A stretch of DNA of 64,000 nucleotides from Anthoceros angustus (taxonomy: Eukaryota; Plantae; Anthocerotophyta). Shown piece after piece: positions 13,897 through 25,615 of this stretch. Positions within the stretch are counted from its first letter, which is position 1; each line of letters opens with the position of its first letter. The translations under genes were made by a program, and so were the position numbers. A model generated the notes under the pieces. That model had not been told where the DNA came from. It saw only the letters and a program-made list of their open reading frames with translations, and did not search any database. The DNA lies in assembly GCA_010909165.1 (NCBI GenBank), contig MU008197.1:124001-188000 (forward strand), in the 5' to 3' direction.

Positions 13897-14375
13897 TCTC
13901 CACGCTAGCAACATGTTCTCTAGCTACAGAAATTGCAATCTGACCGTAAGAAGCACAAGTCGATCGGGTTACACCTTAGAGGTACAGCGGGACCGGAGTT
14001 CCACCCAGGATGAAGGGATCATCATACTTCACAATCTTCAAATCGAGCTCTTCTGCTTTAGGATAGACGCGCTGAGGACATAATATCTCAGACGGGGCAG
14101 GAAGTAGTTGATTTCCCTTGTGTAAGGACAAGAGGAATAGGTAGGCCCAGCTTTCCCCCCCTGGAGAACTGTGCGTGAAAACCTGCGGCCTTCATGCAAC
14201 TCAAGCTCTCAAATGTAACGGACGCACATGGGCATGCTGAGAACATGTAACATTTGCTTCAGTGACGGACGCGTCCGCAATCAGAGCATTCTAGGCCCAT
14301 TCGCAAATTTGGTCTTACCTCGTTTGGCTGCTGGCCCGGAGCCAGCAAGGGCGGATTTGGACGACTCTCATGACT

Positions 14376-14432
14376 GCATGCTCCCTAGAAGGCAAGTATA
14401 AGTAGCTCCATCAGGCTGAATACCGGCAGCTA
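14376..14432 (-). pseudogene. Short PPR (P2-L2) fragment
   Basis: Minus strand reads AAGIQPDGATYTCLL, matching IQPDGTTFTCLL in the neighbouring PPR genes. Confidence 0.55.
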
Positions 14433-14754
14433 CAGGCTTGCATCAGGGCTTTTGACAGAACTTACCTTTCACCCTGACAGGCCCCTCCCTTCATTGAATA
14501 AGTTCTTCAAACATCCCCGGGTGTGCACTTGAAAAGGGCTCTGTTCTCACTTCAGCTCTCTTTCATTACAGTACGTATGTAAAGAAGGAGATTCATCGAT
14601 CATCTCTCTCATGATGAGAGGTGGATCAGTGTCGGCGACCCATGTCCATGTCTCAGTTTGACAGGGATAGAGTTTAAGCAAGCACACTCACCCCCAAGAG
14701 AAAGACAACAATCTCTCGCGCACACACCTGAGCACGGCTAGTCCTTCATTATTC

Positions 14755-17110
14755 TCACGGTCGACCCTTGCAACTGCAACAACCATTTGCAAATCGATGC
14801 ACCCGGTACCCATCCCTTACAACAATGTCTCTCTGTTCAAGCCTTGACATGATCTCCGTGGAACTGTGGCAGTCACTGCACATGCGTAGATTCTTCGTTA
14901 CCACCAGAGGTGTCCCACTCGGAGTGTTCAAGAGACCAAACGCCAGAGCTAGCTTCTCAGCATGCCCACAAAGCGCATCTTCCTTTTCCTTCTCAGACAG
15001 TGGCTTCAACACCAACTTTGTGTGGTACATGGCCCCCTTCCTGCTTCAGACGTGCATTCGTGCTCTCTACCTTCAGCGCAATATCCTCTCTTCTTTCTCC
15101 CACCAGAAATCTATGTACCTGCTTATTCAACTCAATGGTCGCCACTGCAGGTTTCTTGTTAGCTCCTGCTACTACTCTCTGTGTTTCAATCCTGTCAACA
15201 TCGCTCCACCTACCTGCATCTGCATAGGCATTGGCCATGAGCACATAGGCGGCGCCCTGGGGTCCAGCCTAACAATGCTTTCAAAACACCACATCGCCCT
15301 CTCTATATCCCCGTGACTTTTGCAGGCATTCAACAAAGACGTCAATCCCACAACATCACTTTGGCCCTCGCATGATAAAAGCATGTTCTCAGCCTCATCT
15401 AAATGGCCTGCACGCCCAAGAAGATCAATCATGCAGGTGTAATGCTCAACAGTAGGGTTGATGCCATGCTCTTCAGCCATGGAATCAAAGTACTTGCGAC
15501 CCTCCTGGATTAGTCCCTCATGACTGCATGCTACTAGAAGGCAAGTAAAAGTGGTTCCATCAGGCTGAATATTGGCAACTAACATCTCCTCAAAACAAGC
15601 TAGTGCTCTGTGACCATCGTCACAGGTACCATACCCAGATATCAGGGCATTCCATGTCACCACATCCTTTTTGGCCATGCTGTCAAAAACCTGGCGTGCA
15701 TCTTCCAGTTCACCACATTTTGCATACATGTCCACCAGGCAGTTGCCCAACACTACGTTATCCAGCAGTCCTCTTTCAACAATCTGTGAGTGCAGCTGCC
15801 TGCCCTTCTGTAAGGCACCAGTGCTTGCACAGGCCTTCAGAAGGCAAGCAAAAGTAAAATGGTCAGCCAAAATCAGGCCCTCCTGCTCCATTTGTCCATA
15901 TAGAACAAGCGCCTCATGTCCGAGCCCTTGCTCGGCATACCCAGCTATCAGGGCATTCCATGTCACCACATTCTTTGAGTCCATGCTTTCAAAAAGATGG
16001 CGTGCATTTTTTAATTCACCACATTTTGCATACCCAGATATCAGGGCAGTCCACGTTACCACATCCTTTGTGTCCATGCTGTCAAAAACCTGGCGTGCGC
16101 CTTTCAGCTCACCACATTTTGCATACATGTCCACCAGGCAGTTGTCAAGAACCAAGTCAGGAGGAATACCACTGTGCAACACATCACAGTGCACTTTTCT
16201 GCCAGACTCCAAGTCAGCGGCAAATGCACAAGCTTGTAGGGCAGCTGCAAAGGCATGACCATTCGCCTGCACTCCTGACCTACGCATCTCATGGTACAGT
16301 TGTATGGCCTCATCAGGTTTTCCATGTTTAGCATACGCAAAGATGATGGAACCCCACGTGATCACATCCGGTTGGCCTACCCTGGTGAACACATCCATGG
16401 CCTCCTGTAGCCTACCTGCACCTGCATACATGCGCAAGATATGATTCCCCAAGTATGCACTCGACTCGTACCCAAGCTTGACACTGAGATCATGAACCCG
16501 CCGCCCCACAACCAAATCCTTCTTAGCTGTACACAGTTTCAGCACAGTGCACAACAGAGACAGAGAAATAGCAGAGTCTGTCTGCGCCAGTCTCTCCAGG
16601 GCTCCAACGGCCTCAGAAAGCTTCCCCTGCTGACATAATGTGCTCACGGTCACACCCGTAACGACGCCCCTTGCCGACCCCTCACGCCGGCCAGGTTCAG
16701 GCTTATCCGGAGAGCTCCACTCGGAAGGAGAGGCACCATGACCCATCTGCATATCCAAGGAAACGAGCTGCTCATCAACCCAAGCTGGCTTAAACATGTT
16801 GTTTAACCACAGCACCTGGCCGGACCCCTTCCGCCGGAAGTCAGGCGAACGGGAGCTCTTCTTATCTCGTCTGTTGTCCCACCACATGGTAGGGTCCAGA
16901 AAAAATTGTTGCCACAAGTGCTCCTGCTCCTGGCGACAAGAATCGTTAGAAGACCGGTCCCCACCCACAAAATTCCTCGGAAGTGGAAGTGCTGCCCTCC
17001 TTACACTGCCGCACCTGGCTGGGTCGTTGTTTGCCACGGCCTGACTCGCTGAAGTGAGGTGAGTGGGATGTCCTCGTTGAATTCTTGCACACAAACCAAT
17101 TTGTCGGTCC
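14755..17110 (-). pseudogene. PLS-class PPR with DYW:KP (GRP) domain and N-terminal PDF-like module; frameshifted, start codon lost (copy A)
   Basis: ORF 15172-17112 has WWDNR..PDF, PLS repeats and E1; ORFs 14993-15244 (KKPAVATIE) and 14755-15030 (HAEK, CSDCH, KGRP*) continue after two frameshifts. Indels may be consensus errors. Confidence 0.85.
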
Positions 17111-19002
17111 ACCTACCTGCATCTGCATAGGCATTGGCCATGAGCACATAGGCGGCCCACTGAGGTCCAGCCTAACAATGCTTTCAAAACACCACATCGC
17201 CCTCTCTATATCCCCGTGACTTTTGCAGGCATTCAACAAAGACGTCAATCCCACAACATCACTTTGGCCTCATGATAATAGCATCTTCTCAGCCTCATCT
17301 AAATGGCCTGCACGAAGATCAATCATGCAGGTGTAATGCTCAACAGTAGGTTTGATGCCATGCTGTTCAGCCATGGAATCAAAGTGCTTGCGACCCTCCT
17401 GGACCAGTCCTCATGACTGCTACTAGAAGGCAAGTAAAAGTAGCATCAGGCTGAATACCGGCAACTAACATCTCCTCAAAACAAGCTAGTGCCTTGTGAC
17501 CTTCATCACAAGTACCATACCCAGATATCAGGGCAGTCCATGTCACTACATCCTTTGTATACATGCTGTCAAAAACCTGGCGTGCATCTTCCAGTTCACC
17601 ACATTTTGCATACATCTCCACCAGGCAGTTGCCCAATACAACGTTATCCACCAGTCCTCTTTCAACAATCTGTGAGTGCAGCTGCCTGCCCTTCTGTAAG
17701 GCACCAGTGCTTGCACAGGCCTTAAGAAGGCAAGCAAAAGTAACATGGTCAGCCACAACCAGGCCCTCCTGCTCCAATTGTCCATACAGAGCAAGCGCCT
17801 CATGTCCGAGCCCTTGCTCAGCATACCCAGCAATCAGGGCATTCCATGTCACCACATTCTTTGTGCCCATGCTTTCAAAAAGCTGGCGTGCATCTTCCAA
17901 TTCACCACATTTTGCATACCCAGATATCAGGGCAGTCCATGTCACCACATCCTTTTTGTTCATGCTGTCAAAAACCTGGCGTGCGTCTTCCAGTTCACCA
18001 CATTTTGCATACATGTCCACCAGGCAGTTGCCAACAAACAAGTTAGGAGGAATGCCACTGTGCAACACATCACAGTGCACTTTTCTGCCAGATTCCAAGT
18101 CGGCGGCAAATGCACAAGCTTGAAGGGCAGCTACAAGGACCATTCGCCTTCACTCCTGACCTACGCATCTCATGGTACAGTTGTATGGCCTCATTAGGTT
18201 TCCCATGTTTAGCATGCAGAGATGATGGAACCACATGAACATCTGGTTTGCCACCCTGGTGAACACATCCATGGCCTCCTCTAGCCTACCTCCACATGCA
18301 TACATGCGCAAGATATGGTTCCCCAAGTATGCATCGACTCGTACCCAAGTTTGACAGTGAGATCATGAACTCGTCGCCCCACAACCAAATCCTTCTTAGC
18401 TGTACACAGTTTCAGCACAGTGCAAAACAGAGACTGAGAAATAGCAGAGTCTGTCTGCGCCAGAGATTCCAGGGCTCCAACGGCCTCAGAAAGCTTCCCT
18501 GCTGACATAACGTGCTCACGGTTACAGCCGTAACGATTTCCGATCCTGCACGCCGGCCAGGTTCAGGCTTATCCGGAGAGCTCCACTCGGAAGGAGAGGC
18601 ACCATGACCCATCTGCATATCCAAGGAAACGAGCTGCTCATCAACCCAAGCTGGCTTAAACATGTTGTTTAACCACAGCACCTGGCCGGACCCCTTCCGC
18701 CGGAAGTGAGGCGGACGGGAGCTCTTCTGAGCTCGTCTGTTGTCCCACCACATGGTAGGGTCCAGAAAAAATTGTTGCCACAAGTGCTCCTGCTCCTGGC
18801 GACAAGAATCGTTAGAAGACCGGTCCCCACCCACAAAATTCCTCGGAAGTGGAAGTGCTGCTCCTTACACTGCTGCACCTGGCTGGGTCGTTGTTGCCAG
18901 GTTGACTCCTGAAGTGAGGTGAGTGGGATGTCCTCGTTGAATTCTTGCACACAAACCAATTTGTCGGGTCCACAACGTGTCCGGTTGCCATACTGTGGCC
19001 AT
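17111..19002 (-). pseudogene. PLS-class PPR paralog truncated in E2, many small indels (copy B)
   Basis: ATG at 19002 (MATVWQPDTLWTRQIG), WWDNR module at ~18700-18780, PLS repeats in several frames, ends at YADAGRW where it joins copy A. Confidence 0.85.
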
Positions 19003-19796
19003 CGTTCGGGATCGCTGTCGGAAGATGCGAGCCTAGCAACAAACTATGGCAGGTTGCTCAGGTACCGTGTGTCCATGTATGGCCTTACCACCCTGAAGAT
19101 CGAGCAGACGGTTTTCTCTTCGATACCCAGCGGAAACAAACAGCTTCGTGCTTGCGATGGTTTGGACACAACCTGGGGCGTTCAGGGACGTTTCGCCTGT
19201 ATGGTCACCCATTTAGCCTGAAAGTCTCGGGGTATGGTTGGTTTTACATTCGCATGTTTGCATTCACAGGCGTAACGACAAAGTCATAACCTCTCTGGAG
19301 AACTTCCTTCACAACATGTCTGAAATTTGGTCAGCTGAATTTTTGCTGATGAGTATATTTTCAAAATTCTTACAACTAAAATAATACACCTAGGCGCCTG
19401 CCTACATAACGAACCAACGACGAACAACTGACTTCACAACTCCACGAACATTAAAAACCCGAGGCGTTCGTTTTCTCCGAGATGGCCGGCCCAATATATG
19501 TCCGATTATCTTCCTCCGTCTTCTTGCGCGATGGCCGGGCCGGGCAAAAACGTATGCAACAATTTCTTCTGTGGATGACTCGAGCCGTATTCCAGTCCTT
19601 GGACGCTTTGTGGCATCACGTCCACAACAAGCTCAAATCAACATACGAGAGCAAATTGTGTAGTGAATTCAACCAGACTGGTGAAACAACGAAGAACAAG
19701 AACAATCAAGAGTTTCACAACAGTTACTTACAGCAGAAGCTGGTGAGATCGATGTGGATCTTGAGGCGAAAGATCTTCAAGCGAAAGTTTAAGCCA

Positions 19797-20640
19797 TCAT
19801 CCGTGCAAGAATTCTCTCCTGTAATCCATGTCTCGCTGTCTCGGTGTCATCCGTATCTCTTCGTGTAGAGCGTCTCTCGTTCTCTTCCTCGATCCCTTCG
19901 ACCGCTTCTCCTTCTCGTTTTTCAGTCTCTGAGGAGCAGCCACTCCTCAGCCATCTCTAAGTCAGCACAAGAACCAAAAGATTTACACAAAAAAAAACAC
20001 GAGCCATCACCGCTCAAGAGTTGTACTTCGTGCAACGACAGACTAACCTTGCGGTTCCGTGGCGGTCTTGAATTCGAAGTGTTTCGAGTATCGTCATTCG
20101 ATGACCCTATACCCTCCCGTCCAATTTTGACTTGAGGCTGTATGGGAGCGAGAATTCCCTGCAACAAACAAGGCGGAAGTCCAATCCACTCAGCCCCTTG
20201 AGAAACGATTTGAAATCTAAAACACCGAGCACACCGAACCAACAATCCTCCATGACTCTGAAAGTTCTCTAACCTGCTCTGTTGCTCCAAGGCCTGAGCC
20301 CTCCTTCCATCCCGACTTCTTCAGCAGCTGCTGCACCACCAGACAATTCATCCCACGGTGGCAACCCCTCCACACGATTAAGGCCCCTTGCAGGAAATTT
20401 CTAGTGTTCAACCGATCTGCAGCATTTCAAAATCGGGGACCCCGTCTCACCTGGAACCCAATGCTATTCCTCGAAATCAAATATCCACCAGCATGGAGAC
20501 CGCCCTCAGGCTCATTCCCAACCCGGCCCTCTGCTGTTTCTGCTGCCAGTGGCTGAATGATAGTACGACCCCTAACAAAGGGAAAAGAGCTCAGACAATG
20601 TTTACCCTTCGTGCGAAATCCCTCCACTGGATACATAATG
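19797..20640 (-). CDS. Small G-patch (D111) domain protein, multi-exon; start uncertain
   Basis: Spliced ISRNSIGFQ|LLKKSGWKEGSGLGATEQ|GILAPIQPQVKIGREGIG is a G-patch consensus; last exon RLKNEKEKRSKG...DYRREFLHG*. Confidence 0.8.
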
Positions 20641-21295
20641 CCACACGCGAGAGCTCCGCTCAATGTCTTCCAGACGTGCACAGGAACAAAGGAGCCAGGG
20701 AAGAGCAGGGTCGGTACATCGTGGTCCACCATGGCAGATATATGCAGTAGCTAGGAATGGACCGTAGAAATTCTGCTGCGTTTGAACTTCCAAGCCTAAT
20801 GACGTTGCGGAAATGTAGACTACCTGGTACCGGAGCCTTGCATCTGCGAATATCAATCGCCGAATACTGATCATTTAAGCGCCCAACTTCGTGATTTGTG
20901 ATTTCATTTGGCAGACCGGGGCTGCCCCTCAAATCTCCTCAAAGACCACCCGACAACAAACATGCGCAGTAGAGATGTGCTTGCAGTTGGTTCGGCTCGG
21001 CACGGGGCCGCAGGTTGCTCAGGGCTCGGGCATACACATCTGTGGTCCGCAAACATTCGTGTCCGGTCGGCAACAACTTCATCAGAATTTTGACAGGGTG
21101 AAATGACTTTTGACAGTAGCTCGAGGAGTCCAGTTTTGTTTTGGTGTCCTTGGATTGGGTACATAAATCCGTCTACACTGCTCTGCGCTTGCTAAGGGTG
21201 GTGTTATGGCGCAGTACGCACGGGTGCATCCTGCCATAGCCTGAACAGTATGTTGTGCGCGGGATCATCCAGCTTCCGGGAGCGGTGCCTGCAAG

Positions 21296-24115
21296 ATGGC
21301 CACAGTACGGCAACCAGATCCGTTGTGGACCCAACAAATTGGTGGGTGTCCAGGGATTCTACCAGGAGTTCCCGCTCAGCTGACATTAGGGAGTGGACCG
21401 CTGGGAAACAGCCCAGCCTCCAGGTGCAGCAGTGTAACGAACCCACAACTTCCACTTCTGGGGAAATGTGTGGGTGGGGAAGGGTTCTCCAGCGATCGTC
21501 GTCTCCAGGAGCAGGAGCTCTTGTGGCGAGAATTTTTTCAGGACCCTTCCATGTGGTGGGATAACAGGCGAGGGAAGAAGAGCTCCCGCTCGCCTGACTT
21601 CCGGCGTAAGGGCTCCGGGGAGGTCCTGTGGTTAAACAGCCTGTTTAAGCCAGCGTGGGTGGATGAGCAGCTCGTTTCTTTGGATATGCAGATGGGTCTA
21701 TCCGTGAGCACGTTATGTTGGCAGGGGAAGCTTACTGAGGCGGTTGTAGCCCTGGAATCTCTGGCGCAGGCTGGCTGTCCTATTTCTGAGTCTCTGTTTT
21801 ACGACGTGCTAAAGCTATGTGCAGCTAGGAAGGATCTGGTTGTGGGGCGACGAGTTCATCATCTGACTGTCAAACTTGGATACGAGTCAAATGCATACTT
21901 GGGGAACCATATCTTGCGCCTGTATGCAGGTGTAGGTAGGCTACAGGAGGCCATGGATGTGTTCACCAGAGTAGGCACACCAAATGCCTTCATGTGGTTT
22001 TCTATAATCTCCGCACATGCTAAACTTGGGAGGCCTAATGAGGCCATACAACTGTACCATGAGATGCATAGCTCAGGTACGAAGCCGGATGCTCACGTCT
22101 TTGTAGCTGCCCTTCAAGCTTGTGCATCTGCCACCGATTTAGAATCTGGCAGAAAAGTGCACCGTGATGTGTTGCACAGTGGGATTCCTATTAACTTGTT
22201 TGTTGGCAACTGCCTGGTGGACATGTATGCTAAATGTGGCGAACTTAGAGATGCACACCAGGTTTTTGACAGCTTGGTCACAAAGGATGTGGTGACATGG
22301 AATGCCCTGATTGCTGGGTGTGCACAGAAAGGACTCGTCCAAGAGGCTCTTGCTTTATATGGACAAATGGGACAAGACGGCCTGATTTTGGCTAACCATG
22401 TTACTTTCGCTAGCCTTCTGAAGGCGTGTGCAAGCGCAGGTGCCTTACAAAAGGGCAGGCAGCTGCACTCTCAGATTTTCAAAAGAGGACTGCTAGATGA
22501 CATAGTGCTGGGCACCTGTCTGGTGGACATGTATGCAAAATGTGGCGAATTGACAGATGCACGCCAGGTGTTTGACAACTTGGAAAGAAAGAATGTGGTG
22601 ACATGGACAGCCCTGATATCTGGGTATGCACAGAAAGGGCTTGGCCAAGAGGCGCTTGTTCTGTATGGACAAATGGAGCAGGATGGCCTGATTTTGGCCA
22701 ACCATGTTACTTTTGCTTGCCTTCTGAAGGCCTGTGCAAGCACTGGTGCCTTACAGAAGGGCAGGCAGCTGCACTCACAGATTGTCGAAAGAGGACTGCT
22801 GGATAACGTAGTGTTGGGCAACTGCCTGGTGGACATGTATGCAAAATGTGGTGAACTGGAAGATGCACGCCAGGTGTTTGACAACTTGGAAAGAAAGAAT
22901 GTGGTGACATGGACAGCCCTGATATCTGGGTATGCACAGAAAGGGCTTGGCCAAGAGGCGCTTGTTCTGTATGGACAAATGGAGCAAGAGGGCTTGATTT
23001 TGGCCAACCATGTCACTTTTGCTTGCCTTCTGAAGGCATGTGCAACCACTGGTGCCTTACAGAAAGGCAGACAGCTGCACTCACAGATTGTCGAAAGAGG
23101 ACAGCTGGGTAACGTAGTGTTGGGCAACTCCCTGGTGGACATGTATGCAAAATGTGGCGAACTAAAAGAAGCACGCCAGGTTTTTGACAGCTTGACCACA
23201 AAGGATGTGGTGACATGGAATGCCCTGATCGCTGGGTGTGGCACTTGTGATGAAGGGCACTATGCACTAGCTTGTTTTGAGGAGATGTTGGTCGCTGGTA
23301 TCCTGCCTGATGATACTACTTTTACTTGCCTTTTGGCAGCTTGCAGTCATGAGGGACTGGTGTATGAGGGTCGAAAATGCTTTGACTCCATGGTTGAACA
23401 ACATGGCATCAAACCTACTTCTGAGCATTACACTTGTATGATTGATCTGCTTGGCAGAGCAGGCCACTTAGATGAGGCTGAGAGCATGCTGTTATCATGT
23501 GAGAGCAACGTGGTGGGGTTGACCTCTTTGTTGAACGCCTGCAAAAGTCACGGGGATATAGAGAGGGCAGCACGGTGTTTTGAATGTCTCGTTAGACTGG
23601 AGCCTCAGTGTTCATCGGCATATGTGCTAATGGCCAATGCCTATGCGGATGCAGGTAGGTGGACTGATGTAGAGAGGATTGAAACACAGCGAAGGGTAGC
23701 AGGAGCTAACAAGAAGCCTGCTGTGGCGACTATTGAGGTGAAGAAGCAGGTACATACATTTGTGGTGGGAGAAAACAGAGATGATCTTGCGCTCAAGGTG
23801 GAGAGCATGAATGCACGTGTGAAGCAGGAAGGGGGCCACGTGCCGCACACAAAGTTGGTGCTGAAGCCACTGTGTGACAAGGAAAAGGAAGATGTGCTTT
23901 GTGGGCATGCTGAGAAGCTAGCTCTGGCGTTTGGGCTGTTGAACACTCCGAATGGCACACCTCTGCTGGTAACAAAGAATCTACGCATGTGCAGTGACTG
24001 CCACAGTTCCACCGAGATCATGTCAAGGGTTGAAACCAGGGACATTGTTGTAAGGGATGGGTACCGCGTGCACCGATTCGCAGCTGGTTGTTGCAGCTGT
24101 AAAGGTCGACCGTGA
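21296..24115 (+). CDS. Intact intronless PLS-class PPR-E1-E2-DYW:KP (GRP-type) protein, candidate U-to-C RNA editing factor, with N-terminal OSB/PDF-like module
   Basis: 939-aa ORF with ~18 P/L/S motifs, E1/E2, KKPAVATIE in place of the PG box, HAEKLALAFGLL, CSDCH, HRF..GCCSC and terminal GRP; N-terminal WREFFQDPSMWWDNRRGKKSSRSPDFRRKGSGEVLWL. Confidence 0.93.
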   Translation: MATVRQPDPLWTQQIGGCPGILPGVPAQLTLGSGPLGNSPASRCSSVTNPQLPLLGKCVGGEGFSSDRRLQEQELLWREFFQDPSMWWDNRRGKKSSRSPDFRRKGSGEVLWLNSLFKPAWVDEQLVSLDMQMGLSVSTLCWQGKLTEAVVALESLAQAGCPISESLFYDVLKLCAARKDLVVGRRVHHLTVKLGYESNAYLGNHILRLYAGVGRLQEAMDVFTRVGTPNAFMWFSIISAHAKLGRPNEAIQLYHEMHSSGTKPDAHVFVAALQACASATDLESGRKVHRDVLHSGIPINLFVGNCLVDMYAKCGELRDAHQVFDSLVTKDVVTWNALIAGCAQKGLVQEALALYGQMGQDGLILANHVTFASLLKACASAGALQKGRQLHSQIFKRGLLDDIVLGTCLVDMYAKCGELTDARQVFDNLERKNVVTWTALISGYAQKGLGQEALVLYGQMEQDGLILANHVTFACLLKACASTGALQKGRQLHSQIVERGLLDNVVLGNCLVDMYAKCGELEDARQVFDNLERKNVVTWTALISGYAQKGLGQEALVLYGQMEQEGLILANHVTFACLLKACATTGALQKGRQLHSQIVERGQLGNVVLGNSLVDMYAKCGELKEARQVFDSLTTKDVVTWNALIAGCGTCDEGHYALACFEEMLVAGILPDDTTFTCLLAACSHEGLVYEGRKCFDSMVEQHGIKPTSEHYTCMIDLLGRAGHLDEAESMLLSCESNVVGLTSLLNACKSHGDIERAARCFECLVRLEPQCSSAYVLMANAYADAGRWTDVERIETQRRVAGANKKPAVATIEVKKQVHTFVVGENRDDLALKVESMNARVKQEGGHVPHTKLVLKPLCDKEKEDVLCGHAEKLALAFGLLNTPNGTPLLVTKNLRMCSDCHSSTEIMSRVETRDIVVRDGYRVHRFAAGCCSCKGRP

Positions 24116-24404
24116 AGAAGAACTAGTCAGTGCTCAGAAGGTGAACTCTTTATCTGGGATTCGGGAATCGTTCCAACAGGTGGTGGCCGCTGTAGATGGC
24201 ATCTAGTGGTCCACACCAACGACTCTTCATCCATTTACATCTGCCTGTGTTGCTGTGAGTGCTGCCTTTGCTGCAGGTCGACCAACAATCCACCCACACC
24301 TTCAAAGTGTGGATCCAGATTTTCCCAGGTCGACCAACACTGACTGCAACGCGTGACTGCGAGTTGCGAACGGCACGTGTAACATGCCAGACGTGTACCA
24401 GGCC

Positions 24405-24512
24405 AGAGCGTCATAAGGGAAGAAGGCACGGAGAGTACGCTTGGGTTGAAGCATGGACAGAGCCTCATAAGGGAAGAGGGCATGGATAGTACACTTGGAT
24501 TGAGGCCTGGAG
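24405..24512. repeat. Two-copy ~55 bp direct repeat
   Basis: AGAGC(G/C)TCATAAGGGAAGA..GCA.GGA.AGTAC.CTTGG.TTGA.GC.TGG occurs twice. Confidence 0.65.
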
Positions 24513-25225
24513 ATTACACTTAGGTTAGGTTCCCGTTCTTTCATTGCAGAGATAGATCGTAGATAAAGCAGGCAGAAAGCCGGCAGCTGTAAAGCGGAGA
24601 GCCGGCAACCAAAGCTGAGGCGGTTGCACGGGATGCACGGGACAAGGCGGCAACGGATGCCCGCAGCAGCAGCCTGGACTTTACATCGCCATGGCTGCTG
24701 GGTGTACGCTTGAATGAAAACCGTCTGGGCGCGAAAGGGTTCTCCCTTCTCTTTGAAGGAAAGAAGGAAAGCCGAGCCACTTCCCTGCAATAACATAATA
24801 GCATCAGTATCAGAGTGGACAGTATGTAGTATCACATCAATTCCAGCAAGAGGAAATAGAAACCTACCAGCTTGAGTAAAACACCCAGCACAGACACCCA
24901 CTCCAGCAGGTTTAGGAGGCACCCGCGCTGCTCACAATTTGACGATCAACAGCACCTATACCATCCTACATCTAGTAGGTAGGAAAAAGCCCAACCAGCA
25001 AATACCTTCACGGCCGAAAGTCTGCGGGTGGCAAGGGCGACATGCGTGACAGCCCAATTAGGCCTCAGGGTGCACAGGCTGAGGAAAGAACCAATACACG
25101 ATACATCAGATAATACATCAGGCATAAAACGTGAAAACGCAGTTCTAGTCAAGAAGGTCACGCAAACAATACTCATACTGTGATTACGACAATACAATTC
25201 CAGGAGGGTGAACAAGGGAGTTTAC

Positions 25226-25615
25226 CTCAGGAGAGCGGTAGTTCATCCATCCAGCAAGCCGAAGGCCTTCACCCCATGTGTGGTGGTTTGAAGTCCCAAG
25301 GATATCGCAGATTTTGTAAAGCTCATCTGCCTCACCACTGAGAGATCCACAATAGGTCAAGAGTTAGGATAAGTCAGGAATATCAAATGCATTCAGGCCC
25401 GGAACAGAACCTTGCTGATAAATGTTCAAATACAAACCTTGACCCGGGAAAAGAGGGGTTGCAGAGTGGAGAGCTCAGACATTATCGCCCCCATGGCCCA
25501 GATGTCTAAAGTAGCATGCCATAAATACGTAAAGACAATTCTTCACTGACTTTGGGTTGAAGAACCTGAATCTACAAAGCTTGAGGATAGCAGTAAAACC
25601 TCTGGAGCACAATAC
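25226..25615 (-). pseudogene. Intron-containing fragment of a MAK/CDK-related (CMGC) Ser/Thr kinase
   Basis: Exon-like segments read YCAPEVLL, DIWAMGAIMSELSTLQPLF(+1 nt)PGS and SGEADELYKICDILGTSNHHTWGEGLRLA (subdomains VIII-X); no N-lobe nearby. Confidence 0.75.

Noticed and set aside
13960-14160. Protein-like minus-strand stretch QRVYPKAEELDLKIVKYDDPF
   Set aside because: Short, no start, no recognisable family.
21250-21564. Alternative-frame ORF (DGHS.AT..VVDPTNW) recurring at PPR 5' ends
   Set aside because: Shared only because the DNA is paralogous; no consistent start or stop and no independent coding signal.
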